DNA of 64,000 nt, taken from Nitrospinaceae bacterium (GTDB taxonomy: Bacteria; Nitrospinota; Nitrospinia; Nitrospinales; Nitrospinaceae). The stretch covers positions 1,984,001 to 2,048,000 of the forward strand of contig OZ245011.1 in assembly GCA_965223665.1 (NCBI GenBank). The letters are read 5' to 3'. Under the pieces are notes generated by a model. That model did not search any database, had not been told where the DNA came from, and was given only the letters and a program-made list of their open reading frames with translations. Within the stretch, counting starts at the first letter, position 1. Each line of letters begins with the position of its first letter. The position numbers were made by a program, and so were the translations under genes. Shown one piece after another: positions 1 to 10,900 of this stretch.

Positions 1-1
1 T

Positions 2-337
2 TTTTCGTACAGAAAAAATATTCATTTAATAACCGCATCGGAAGCATTAAAAGGATTAAAAATGGCTCAGGAACATCAGCCTGATTTAATCCTGCTGGAC
101 ATTAACTTACCCGGAATGAATGGAATTTCCGCAATGCGGGAACTGAAAAAATTTGAACAAACAAGAGACATCCCGGTTATCGCCGTAAGCGCGAACTCAA
201 ACCAGTCCGACATTGATCGGACCCTTAAAGAAGGGTTCCAAACTTACATTTCCAAACCTTTCGAAGTGCAATCCTTCCTCGAAATCATTGATAACATCCT
301 CGAAAAAACCAAGCCTCCGGAAAAAGCCATCGCTTAG
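2..337 (+). CDS. Response-regulator receiver domain, 5'-truncated (possibly the C-terminus of a hybrid kinase)
   Basis: Frame is open from position 2 (FSYRKNIHLITASEALKGLKMAQEHQPDLILLDINLPGMNG). Receiver motifs LLDINLP, IAVSA and YISKPF are present. Confidence 0.9.
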   Translation, partial: FSYRKNIHLITASEALKGLKMAQEHQPDLILLDINLPGMNGISAMRELKKFEQTRDIPVIAVSANSNQSDIDRTLKEGFQTYISKPFEVQSFLEIIDNILEKTKPPEKAIA

Positions 338-382
338 TGAGAGGGTAATTCATTCCTGTTCGTTAAACTTCACTAGGTTTAA

Positions 383-1237
383 TCAAACAGCTTCCTGTTT
401 TTCTTCTACCCGATTCTCTGTGAGGAATTTGTAGGAAAGAGAAAGCGCGACGATGGTCACCGCCAAAAAGACAAAATTAAAAGCGGTTACTAAAGTTAAT
501 TTAATAATACTAAAGTTTGGATTAAATATAATATCTCCTGGTTCGGGCTGAAGAAACGGAAGAATACCCATTATAAGAGACGGAAGAAAGGGAAGAATTC
601 CTACAACAATAAATAATCGCCATCCATTCTTTTTAGACACTGTCCAGGCCCATTCAATGTTTCTATCTTCATCCACAGCCGTAGCGGGAAACAATAAGCT
701 AAAGCGAGAAAAAAAATACGTAGATGGAATATGACACAATATCATAGTTAGAAAAATCCCACTTAAGCTACCCTCGCCTCCTGAAAAATCTGATAAAGAT
801 ATTTTTAACTCAGATAAAAGACCCATTAAGAACATTATTATGAAAAAACTTAAAATATAGACCAAAGGTAAAGCAATGGCTAAACCGGTAAACCTGAATT
901 CTCTTTTTCCCCAACCCAGCATTCCAAATTTTGGCACTGCTTCATCCGGTAAAATAACTAACCGGTGGCAAGTGATGGCAAATAAAATATATAGCATCAT
1001 ACTAATTAACGAAATCAATATTCCTGGTAAAATCATGGAAGGTCCGGGTATATCTCCGGGTTCTAGTTCTACATCTATAAAAAAGAGGGGAAACACGGAA
1101 AACATAACAAGAACCAAAAACGGAACCAATAAAGCCAGCCCAAACCGTGACCGTCTTTCCCAAACCGTTTGAAACGCTTGAATCACGATTTCAAATGCAG
1201 GAAGTTTGGGATACTCTTTCATATTAGTTTCTGTCAT
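383..1237 (-). CDS. Hypothetical polytopic membrane protein
   Basis: 284-aa ORF with about six hydrophobic segments. Confidence 0.8.
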   Translation of the reverse strand: MTETNMKEYPKLPAFEIVIQAFQTVWERRSRFGLALLVPFLVLVMFSVFPLFFIDVELEPGDIPGPSMILPGILISLISMMLYILFAITCHRLVILPDEAVPKFGMLGWGKREFRFTGLAIALPLVYILSFFIIMFLMGLLSELKISLSDFSGGEGSLSGIFLTMILCHIPSTYFFSRFSLLFPATAVDEDRNIEWAWTVSKKNGWRLFIVVGILPFLPSLIMGILPFLQPEPGDIIFNPNFSIIKLTLVTAFNFVFLAVTIVALSLSYKFLTENRVEEKQEAV

Positions 1238-1881
1238 TCTTCAATGTCCTATTTATAATTCAGTGGATTGTACCTACTAACTACTTTTAAATCAAAATTA
1301 CTTTGGGTGAAGAATATTTTAGAATCTCTATTACCAGAAGTTTTAACAAAGTGAAGTTCCTCCAAATTCAATAATGTCAGGTAGAAAAGGCTCGCTTTCT
1401 TTCTATATCCTCCACGAGTTTGACCCGAATAAATTTCTAAAATTTGGGCCAAATCGCTGGGAAAATGCTCTAAAATCTCCATAAGATTCCCTGGAATTTT
1501 GTCAATTTTTAGGTACTTTTCCCATTTTTGACACGAGTTTGTTCCTTATATATATAGGCAAACTAAACCCATAAATTTTCTCTATTTTTTCGCCATTAAA
1601 AAACTTCTCTCCCAATTAAGATTTTCCCGGACTAAACTCCCAAAACATCTGAATAACGCCACTCTACGCATTCCCGATAAAATCGAATTAGAACTATCTG
1701 AGATACCTGTTTAAATATGCCCTTTTGAGCCAATTGTAAATCCTTAATTTTTCCTGACTTAATGCTCAAAATAGCATTACTTTCAAATAGTTATATAATT
1801 ATTCCGAAATTTATATTATGTTTAAGTTTCTTTAAGTACGTTCCCACCGTGAAATGAAATCTCAAAACGCAATATTAATTC

Positions 1882-3438
1882 ATGGAGGGTAATATGAAGA
1901 TAAAGGTCCAAACAGCTTTACTCAGTGGTTTGTGGTTGCTGGCACTAGTTTCCATGGCCCAGGCGCAGTTGACCGACATTATCAACACGCCAAACACTGC
2001 CAACGAAGGAATCAAAAAATCCTACAGTGAACAAATTGGAGTGGGACGTGGCGATCCCAACGTTGCAGAAAACTCTTCCGCGTGTCTCATCGCCCACGAT
2101 CCCTTTCGGGCCATCGCGCGCGGACGTCAATTATTCCAAAGAAAATTCAATGTCGCACAAGGTTTCGGTCCGCTCACAAATGACGGAGTCGGAGATATCG
2201 AAACCGGCGGCTCTCATGGAGCCGGGCTGGTGGACAGTTGCGCCGGATGCCACGGACGCCCCAGAGGATCCGCAGGCTTTGGCGGTAACGTATTCACCCG
2301 ACCCGACAGCCGCGACGCACCTCACTTATTTGGTTTGGGACTCGTTGAGCAAATCGCTGATGAAATCACCACCGATCTGCGCAATATTCGACGCGCCGCA
2401 CTTGCCCGCGCCGCCAGCGAGGGGAACCCTGTACGAGTGCGACTGCGTTCCAAAGGAACACGCTACGGTCACCTGACCGCGTTTCCTGACGGCACCGTCG
2501 ACATTTCCGAAGTGAACGGCGTCAATCCCGACTTACGCGTCCGACCGTTCTTCGCAGAAGGGTCCACCATTTCCATTCGCGAGTTTGTCGTCGGAGCGCT
2601 GAATGCCGAAATGGGTATGGAATCATTCGATCCGGATCTCGTCAACGCGCAAACCGGTCAAGTCACCACTCCTTCCGGCATGGTACTCGATGGCACCACC
2701 GACAGTATCGAAAAAACGATTGCCACATCAGAAACCGATGATCCCGATGGCGACGGCACCCTGCATGAAGTTCCACAGGCGGCAGTCGATTATCTGGAGT
2801 TTTATCTGCTCAACTATTTCAAACCGGGCACCTATAAACAAAATTCCAAAACCGAAGCCGGTCGTCGTCTGTTCCGGGAAATGCGTTGCACTCAGTGCCA
2901 CACTCCGAACATGACCGTTCAGAAAGATCGCCGCGTCGCGGATGTGGAAACTCAATACGATGCCGCCAACGGCAATCCGTTCAGTGGACTGTTTGCCACC
3001 GCGGAAGCGTTGACCGAGGACCGGTTCGTGGTGCGCGGAATTTATGCAGACTTTAAACGCCACGACCTCGGCCCCAACTTTTGGGAACGAAATTTTGACG
3101 GCACCCTGCAAAAAGAGTTCATGACCGAACCGCTTTGGGGCGTAGGGTCAACACCGCCTTACGGTCATGATGGACGAAGTCAAAACCTGCGCGAAGTGAT
3201 CCTGCGTCACGGCGGCGAAGCGAGGAACTCTCGCAACCGTTATGCCAACGCAGGCACCACCAACCAGGATCTGATCATCCATTTCCTGAACTCGCTAGTC
3301 CTGTTCGGTCCCCCGGACACGCCTTCGAACCTGGACCCGAAGGCACCGTCCACCGCGGGCTATCCACAATTCGGCCACGGCAGTATCGACCTCAGCGTCC
3401 TGTTCACCGATGCGTGCCAGGTCACCGGAGCGGAATAA
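1882..3438 (+). CDS. Secreted di-heme oxidoreductase (DHOR / thiol-oxidoreductase-like) cytochrome c
   Basis: Signal peptide ending near AQA; two heme motifs (CAGCH, CTQCH); RDAPHLFGLGLVE, DFKRHDLG, TEPLWGVG, YGHDGRS and ILRHGGEA motifs. Confidence 0.85.
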   Translation: MEGNMKIKVQTALLSGLWLLALVSMAQAQLTDIINTPNTANEGIKKSYSEQIGVGRGDPNVAENSSACLIAHDPFRAIARGRQLFQRKFNVAQGFGPLTNDGVGDIETGGSHGAGLVDSCAGCHGRPRGSAGFGGNVFTRPDSRDAPHLFGLGLVEQIADEITTDLRNIRRAALARAASEGNPVRVRLRSKGTRYGHLTAFPDGTVDISEVNGVNPDLRVRPFFAEGSTISIREFVVGALNAEMGMESFDPDLVNAQTGQVTTPSGMVLDGTTDSIEKTIATSETDDPDGDGTLHEVPQAAVDYLEFYLLNYFKPGTYKQNSKTEAGRRLFREMRCTQCHTPNMTVQKDRRVADVETQYDAANGNPFSGLFATAEALTEDRFVVRGIYADFKRHDLGPNFWERNFDGTLQKEFMTEPLWGVGSTPPYGHDGRSQNLREVILRHGGEARNSRNRYANAGTTNQDLIIHFLNSLVLFGPPDTPSNLDPKAPSTAGYPQFGHGSIDLSVLFTDACQVTGAE

Positions 3439-3463
3439 AAAAGTTCCATTCCACCGTTTCTTC

Positions 3464-3496
3464 AACCCGGGAGTCCATTGGGCTCCCGGGTTTTTT
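3464..3496 (+). terminator. Rho-independent terminator of the di-heme gene
   Basis: aacccgggag...ctcccgggtt stem followed by a T run, 25 bp after the stop codon. Confidence 0.85.
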
Positions 3497-3515
3497 ATTG
3501 AATATAACGATTTAC

Positions 3516-3546
3516 CCCCTCTTTCCTAAAGAGGGCTGGGGTGATT
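3516..3546. repeat. 31-bp REP-like dispersed palindromic element, copy 1
   Basis: cccctctttcctaaagagggctggggtgatt; reverse complement of 38518-38548 with one mismatch. Confidence 0.7.
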
Positions 3547-3943
3547 GACCGCCTGGGGTTTCCGGTCCCGGCCAAAGGCAACAGTTCCCCTCCAATAAAA
3601 TCCCCAACACGATACAACTTTCCACAAATTATTTCTCTTCCGATACCTTCTAAAAACCCAAAGGTTGAAAAAGGTTTCGAAACCATATCGGCTAAGCCAT
3701 ATCTTTTTTTCAGAACTCCATCAAAATCAACTACTTAAAAAATAGTATTTGACATGATTTGGATTATAGAATAATTTGCAAAAGACTAAAATAGTTTTGA
3801 TTTGATAGTAATACACAGCGAACACAAACTGGTTTGAGGTGAGAGATCTCTAAGGCAGCATATCGCTCAAAATTGCTCACGCCCAAGTCTCGCCTTCCAG
3901 CCATTCATTTTAACGGTGGTTTTTCTCGAACTCGGTGGTTCTT

Positions 3944-6900
3944 ATGAAAACGAAACATGTCAGCTTAGCAATCAGTTTTATTCTTTCTCTATTCTTATTC
4001 ACTTCCATCGCCTTGGGCGCAACCGTAACGACCGAACTGCGCAACGGCGAAAACGGCTATACCGGAACGCAGGACACTTACGTCCGCGAAGCCCTGCCCA
4101 ATGATAATTTTGGCGGCGAATCCGGCTTCCGCGCTGACGGAGACAATGGAGGTGAAGACCTCGCATTCATTTCATGGGATCTGTCCTCCATCCCCACCGA
4201 TGCTGTTTTGCAATCGGCGGTGATCCGTTTCGATGTGTTCGATACCACCACCGGCAGTTATGAATTGCTGGAGATGTCCGGGTCCTGGGATGAAGACACC
4301 CTCACCTGGAACACGCTTAACACCGGCGACATTGGCACCACCGCTTTGGCCACCATCACCAGTCCACCGACCGGTACTTTGGATGTCACACTCAACGCCA
4401 CCGCGTTAACTTTAATCACTGAATGGATCGACGGAACAACCACTAATAACGGCTTTGCTTTGCAAAGCACCGGCACCACCGACGGAATCGTGATGTCCTC
4501 CAGTGAGAAAAGCACCGGAACCAAAAGGCCCCGACTCTCTTTAACGTACACCACCAACACCACCACCGATACCTTTCAGGAAGGCGTGGCCGGATACACC
4601 GGCACCGAAGATACTTATGTGCATGAGTCCGATCCCACGTCCACCCATGGCAGTGAATCCGGTTTTCGTGCGGATGGCCAGAAAACTGTCGGCGGCGGCG
4701 TGGGAGAAGACATCGGGTTCGTCACGTGGGATATCTCTTCCATTCCCTCGAACGCGACGGTGTTATGGGCCAAGATTGATTTTGAAATTTACGACGGCAG
4801 CGCCGGCACTTATGACCTTTTCGAAATGCAGGAAACCTGGGACGAAGCAACCCTGAACTGGAACAACTTGAACACGGCGAATATCGGCTCAACTTCTTTG
4901 GCGGGAATTCCCAGCACCACACCCGGGCCTATAGAAATCGTTCTCAACAGCACCGGGTTGAACGTTCTGCAAGACTGGATCGATGGCACCGCCACCAACT
5001 ACGGCTTCGCCATTCGCAGTGCCGGAACGTATGACGGTATCACTTTCAACTCCAGTGAAAAATCCATAGTCGACACCCGACCGCGACTGACCGTACGCTA
5101 CAACACCCAGGCCCAACAGGTCGCCCCGGTCACATTCAATCCGAACGGCGGCACCTTTGTCGGCAATGTCTCGGTGACGTTATCCACCACCACCGCAGGA
5201 GCGGATATTTATTATACGTTGGATGGGTCCACTCCCACCACCAGCTCCACCCTGTACACCGGAGCGATTTCCCTAGGCGCAGCAACCGAAGTGAACGCGT
5301 TCGCGGTGAAATCCGGGCTCACCGACAGCGACGTAACCAGCGCCGAGTTTATCCGAATTCCGGAGGACCCTGCATTGGTGGCCAATGATATAGACAACAC
5401 TCTGCTTTACGACGTGGGCAAGAACAGTGAATTTTTATATACCGGTAGCGACCCGATTCAAACGGGAGTGGATCCCATGGACATCGACGCAGTACGCGCC
5501 TCCGTCATTCGCGGGCAGGTGTTGCAGCTCGACATGAATGCCGCCGACCCGGCCAACGCACCACCGATTCCATTAGGCGGTGCCACGGTGACAATCCTCG
5601 GTCATGACGACCCGGCAGACCCGGAGTACTACGGGCAGACCGTCACCCGCGCCGACGGGTTTTACGACATGGCCGTGAACGGTGGCGGACAACTGACAGT
5701 CAATGTGAAACGATCCGGCTACCTACCCTCCCAGCGCAAAGTCGAAGTCCCCTGGCATGATTTTGCAGTGGTGGAGAATATGTTGTTAATGGAAAAAGAT
5801 CCGAATGCAACTGTAATTAATCTTTCTACGATTACTGAGGCTACCGAAGCACGAGGCAGCGTGGTTACGGACGTTGACGGTACACGTCAGGCGACGGTGT
5901 TATTTTTACCCGGTACCACAGCAGAACGGGTGTACGAAGACGGAACTAAGGAAGATATTTCCAGTCAAATCACGGTTCATGCAACCGAATACACCGTAGG
6001 CGATAATGGGCCGATGGCGATGCCGGCCTTACTGCCCGGCACTTCCGCTTATACGTACATGGTTAATTTTACGGTAGACGAAGCCGAGAGTGTCGGTGCC
6101 CCTTTTGTGGAGTTTAGCCAGCCGGTGTACGGTTACGTTGAAAACTTTTTGGACGTGAAAGCGGGACAAGTAGTTCCGAACGGTTACTATGATCGGGTGC
6201 AAGGAAAATGGATTCCGGAGGACAATGGTCTCGTGGTCAAAATTATGAGTATTGATACTACGGGAACCACTCCTATTGCTGAGTTGGATTTGGATGGTGA
6301 TAATGACCACGATAATGATGATGATACCCTTGAAACAACTTATAACTTTTCCACTGAAGAACTTGAAAAACTGGCATCCCTCTACCAGGCCGGTGACAGT
6401 ATGTGGCGTGTTCCGATGGAACACTTTTCTGATTGGAATTATCCCATCGCGGTTGTCATAGATGCCATTCTTGATGTTTCGGCAGAAGAGGGAAAAACGG
6501 TGAATGAAAATGTCTCTGCCGTTTGTGACATTTGCAAAAGATCCACTATCCAGGTGCAAGGCCAAATCTATGGTGAAGAAGTCGCCATTCCCGGAACACC
6601 GTTCACCTTGCATTACAACAGTGATCGGGTGCGGGGTACCAAAACAGGCGCTACGCTAGATATTCCCCTCATCGACTCCCGATTAAATTTAGGCTCCAGC
6701 AGTATTGTAAAAATTCACTTAACAGTAGACGTAGCTGGAGTTCGAAAAACGGAGGTCTTTGATCGTGTTTCCGGAAATAGCATTCCGGATATCACACCGA
6801 CCCTGGTACACCGGTTCGAATGGGATGGATTAGACGCTTATGGTCGTGATGTGGTGGGAGTAGCCGGGGCAAAAATCACTATTGGTTACGAGTACCCCAC

Positions 6901-7960
6901 GGCTGAATATGGTGCGCCCGCTCAGTTTGCTACCCCTTCACCGAGTGTGAAATTGGAAGCTTCTGATGGCGTAAGCAATGTGTTATCACGGACCAATGTT
7001 ATTTTCAGCCAGTCTTATATCAAACAAGTCAACGTCAATGATTTCCGTCCCCTCGGTTTAGGCGGTTGGACCGTAGACGCCAACCACGTTTATGAATTTT
7101 TCAGTCCGGGTCTGCATCTCGGTCCCGGTCCCAGAAGAACAACTAAAACTCTAAATACGGCGGCCAGCATCTTTGCAGACACGCAAAGTGGAGGAGTAAC
7201 TTTTCCGGATTGGCTAGATGTTGATTCTGTAGGAAACGTTTTTTTTGCAACCAACTGTCATATTTGGAAAGCTGATCTTTCTGGGAACATTACCGACATC
7301 ATGGGATTGAACGGACCGAATTGTACCGGCCCCCCTCCGTTGAGTGGTGATGGCCAATTGGCCAGAAATCAGCCACTAATCAATGTTAGAGGTTTGGATG
7401 TAGATGACGAAGGTAATATATATTTTTATGATGCCGATAATACCCTCCCTCTCCAACCTGTTATTGGAAAAATAGACACCAGTGGAATTCTTCATATTAT
7501 TTTAGGAGGAAATGATCGCGGATTTTCCGGGGAGGGTGGTCCGTCCATTAACGCCCAGGTAAATGCTCTAGGCGAAATGGTAGTGGACAAGGAGGGAAAT
7601 ATTTACCTCGCCGATTCTGAAAACAATCGAATCCGCAAAATAGATACCGCAGGAATCATCACCACAGTCGCAGGGAATGGAAACCAGGGTAGTTCCGGAA
7701 TGACCAATACTCAATTAGGGCATGAAGGACCCGCTACGGATTTCACGCTTGGAAAACCCAATTATTTAACAATTGATAGTAAAGGAAATCTCTATGCAGC
7801 TTCAAGTCATTTGAAGAGAATCATTAAAATTGATACAAATGGAATTGCTACTGTTCTTGTGGGTAGCCATCACCCCTTAACGGATCCATTTTTGGAAGGA
7901 GTGGAAGGGAGTGGAAGGGACCAGTTTCTCATTCCATTCAATTTCTGCTCTCACCATTGA
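3944..7960 (+). CDS. Teneurin-like YD/Rhs protein, N-terminal part (signal peptide, 2x DNRLRE-like, chitobiase/Fn3-associated, TTR-like, FN-plug, NHL); frameshifted at ~7901-7920
   Basis: Sec signal MKTKHVSLAISFILSLFLFTSIALG; duplicated GYTGTxDTYV...RPRL domains; IYYTLDGSTPT; SVIRGQV...YGQTVTRADGFYDMAVNGGG...VPW; WDGLDAYG...IGYEY...GGWTVD; GNIYLADSENNRIRKID NHL repeats. Confidence 0.85.
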   Translation: MKTKHVSLAISFILSLFLFTSIALGATVTTELRNGENGYTGTQDTYVREALPNDNFGGESGFRADGDNGGEDLAFISWDLSSIPTDAVLQSAVIRFDVFDTTTGSYELLEMSGSWDEDTLTWNTLNTGDIGTTALATITSPPTGTLDVTLNATALTLITEWIDGTTTNNGFALQSTGTTDGIVMSSSEKSTGTKRPRLSLTYTTNTTTDTFQEGVAGYTGTEDTYVHESDPTSTHGSESGFRADGQKTVGGGVGEDIGFVTWDISSIPSNATVLWAKIDFEIYDGSAGTYDLFEMQETWDEATLNWNNLNTANIGSTSLAGIPSTTPGPIEIVLNSTGLNVLQDWIDGTATNYGFAIRSAGTYDGITFNSSEKSIVDTRPRLTVRYNTQAQQVAPVTFNPNGGTFVGNVSVTLSTTTAGADIYYTLDGSTPTTSSTLYTGAISLGAATEVNAFAVKSGLTDSDVTSAEFIRIPEDPALVANDIDNTLLYDVGKNSEFLYTGSDPIQTGVDPMDIDAVRASVIRGQVLQLDMNAADPANAPPIPLGGATVTILGHDDPADPEYYGQTVTRADGFYDMAVNGGGQLTVNVKRSGYLPSQRKVEVPWHDFAVVENMLLMEKDPNATVINLSTITEATEARGSVVTDVDGTRQATVLFLPGTTAERVYEDGTKEDISSQITVHATEYTVGDNGPMAMPALLPGTSAYTYMVNFTVDEAESVGAPFVEFSQPVYGYVENFLDVKAGQVVPNGYYDRVQGKWIPEDNGLVVKIMSIDTTGTTPIAELDLDGDNDHDNDDDTLETTYNFSTEELEKLASLYQAGDSMWRVPMEHFSDWNYPIAVVIDAILDVSAEEGKTVNENVSAVCDICKRSTIQVQGQIYGEEVAIPGTPFTLHYNSDRVRGTKTGATLDIPLIDSRLNLGSSSIVKIHLTVDVAGVRKTEVFDRVSGNSIPDITPTLVHRFEWDGLDAYGRDVVGVAGAKITIGYEYPTAEYGAPAQFATPSPSVKLEASDGVSNVLSRTNVIFSQSYIKQVNVNDFRPLGLGGWTVDANHVYEFFSPGLHLGPGPRRTTKTLNTAASIFADTQSGGVTFPDWLDVDSVGNVFFATNCHIWKADLSGNITDIMGLNGPNCTGPPPLSGDGQLARNQPLINVRGLDVDDEGNIYFYDADNTLPLQPVIGKIDTSGILHIILGGNDRGFSGEGGPSINAQVNALGEMVVDKEGNIYLADSENNRIRKIDTAGIITTVAGNGNQGSSGMTNTQLGHEGPATDFTLGKPNYLTIDSKGNLYAASSHLKRIIKIDTNGIATVLVGSHHPLTDPFLEGVEGSGRDQFLIPFNFCSHH
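7901..7920 (+). repeat. Exact 10-bp tandem duplication gtggaaggga x2 that causes the frameshift
   Basis: Visible directly. Deleting one copy gives FLEGVEGTSFSFHSISALT and joins the two ORFs in frame. Confidence 0.9.
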
Positions 7961-10900
7961 TAAAGACGACAACATATATTTTGCAAATAGGGCTGAAAGT
8001 ATTGGCCAAACAATTCAGTTTAGAAAAATGAATAAGCAGGGTATTGTGACTCTATTAAATTCCAGAAGTGAAGGCTGTGACCAGGGAAGTGAAGCTCCTT
8101 TTACGAATAACGAACCCCTCGGCAATACCTGCATAGAGAACTGGGATTTAGCAGTGGGCCCGGATGGAAATGTTTACTCTACCGCCCGGCATATACATAA
8201 AATTTTGAAGTATTCTTCTTCTCTTCCGGAATTCACGGCTGGAGAACTGGCTCTGCCCTCAGAGGACGGGACGCAGATTTTTAAATTCGATGCCACCGGT
8301 CGGCATATCGAAACCCGTAACGCTCTCACCGGTGCGACCATTTTCACGTTCAACTACGATGCGTCCGGTCGCTTAATCCAAATCACCGACGGCGATGGCG
8401 ATGTCACCGATTTCGTTCGCAACACCGAGGGCGACCTGACCAAAATCGTCGCCGAAGACGGACAGGAAACTCTGATCGAATACGATGCCAACGGCTACCT
8501 GAACAAAGTCACTCTGCCTGAAACGGCCGAAATCTACCAAATGCAGTACACCGCCGAAGGTTTAATGACCCAGTTCACCAACCCGCGCGGGTTGTCTTCG
8601 GATATCATTTACAACGCCCTCGGGCAAATGGAAAAAGAAACTGAGGCCGCTCCCGATGGCGGGTTCCTCGAAACTATCCGCACAGACGATGCCGACGGTT
8701 ACGAAGTCTCGGCTAAAACCGAACTCAACCGCGAATCCATCTTCCGTGTGGAAACCGATGTCGCCGGGAACACCGTGCGCATCAACACCGACCCCAGCGG
8801 TCTCGTCACCACCACCACGGAACTGACCGACGATAGCGTCGAAACCGTCACTCCCGATGGAACCATGGTCACCGTTACGAAAACTCCCGATGAGCGATTC
8901 GGCATGCTCGCTCCACTCACCAGTTTAAATGTAGATACACCGGGTGGGCTTTCCTCGGAAATCATTGCTGATCGCAACGTAACCCTTGATGGAAATAATA
9001 ATGTATTAACTCAAATAGATACTTTAACAATAAATAACCGTCCTCTTACAAGTACTTTTGATAAGAATCAATTAAAAGTTACAAATCTATCACCTGAGGG
9101 GAGACAAACCGAAAACGCAATAGATTCTCAAGGAAGAATAACAAAAGAAATTGTTCCGGGTTTTGAAGACAGAAATTTTACTTACGATGCATCCGGTAGG
9201 CTGGCTTCAATATCTCAAGGAACAGGAGCAGATGAACGTCTCACCACTTTTACATATAATTTGGATGGTTTTTTAGAATCAATTAATGAGCCTATGTCAC
9301 GAACATTCAGTTTCGAATATGATTCTAATGGCCGCGTCACCAAGCAAATCCTACCAGGTTCTCGAGATGTGGTCATTAACTATGACCTAAATGGTAATGT
9401 TACCTCAATCACACCGCCCGGACAATTGGCTCACTTATTTAATTATTCGTCGGTTGACTTGGAAGCTGGTTATTCCGCTCCTGCGGTTGTGGGTGGAGGA
9501 ACAAACTCAACGATGGTTACTTATAACTTTGACAAACAACCGGTTCTGATTACCCGTCCCGACAGTCAGACAATTTCTTTTAATTATGATGGCGGCGGTC
9601 GGTTACAAAACACTTTGATTCCCAGAGGCACATTCACTTACAACTATTCTCCTTTGACAGGACAGCTCGATCAAATAACAGCCCCGGACGGTGGAACTTT
9701 AGGTTTTTCCTATGATGGTCAATTGCGTTTGAGCTCGACCTGGGGAGGCCCCTCGGGTTCAGTTTCGGGAAGTGTTTCACAAATCTATAACAGTGATGGA
9801 CTTGTCACATCAAGAAGTGTGAATGGGGGAAATACAATTAGTTTTCAGTACGATCAAGATCTTTTGGTAACGCAAGCAGGAGACCTGACATTACAATACA
9901 GTTCCAACAATAACATGCTTCAAGGCACAACATTGGGTATTACAAACGATTCTCTTACATACAACTTATTTGGAGAAGTTTCTTCATATACCGCCGATAT
10001 AAATTCAAGCACTGTATTTTCAATGCAGTTCATTAGGGATAAAGTGGGTCGCATCATAAAAAAAACAGAAACTGTCAGCGGTGTCACCCATGTATATGAT
10101 TATGCTTACGATTCTGCAGATAGGCTATTGTCTGTTTCCCAGGATGGTCTTATACTAAATACATATACATACGACCTAAATGGAAATCGAAATAATGGTA
10201 TTTATGACGAACAAGATCGTTTAACAAGCATGAATGGAATTGATTATACATATACCGCCAACGGAGAGCTTTTGTCTAGAACTGAGGCAGGACAAACTAC
10301 AGATTACGACTATGATGTTTTCGGGAATTTACTTTCTGTGAATTTACCAGGAGGCACATTAATCGAATATGTTTACGATGGACAAAATAGACGGATAGGG
10401 AAAAAAGTCAGCGGTACTTTAGAAAGAGCCTGGTTATATAAAGATGGATTTAATCCTGTCGCAGAATTGGACGGCTCAGGGAATTTAGTTTCACGTTTTG
10501 TTTATGGAAACCGCAATAATATTCCGGCCTATCTGATTAAAAATGGAACTACCTACCGAATTATCAGCGACGATTTAGGAAGTCCACGATTGGTTATAGA
10601 TAAAGATACAGGAACTATAGCTCAAGAAATGCATTATGATGAATGGGGAAATGTCTTAACAGATACCAATCCGGAATTTCAGCCTTTTGGATATGCTGGC
10701 GGACTTTATGATCCGGATACCAACCTGGTTCAATTTGGTTTCCGTGACTATGACCCGGAAGTTGGTCGTTTCACCAATAAAGATCCTATCCGGTTTGCTG
10801 GCCAAGACACCAATCTCTATGGCTACGTCCTCAATGACCCCATCAATTTTACGGATCAGTTAGGGTTATATGGAACTAATTCGTGCGGTTTTTATGATGA

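Noticed and set aside
1249-1880. AT-rich intergenic region with a 77-aa ORF
   Set aside because: No motif, repeat or stable structure seen; looks like an ordinary divergent promoter region.
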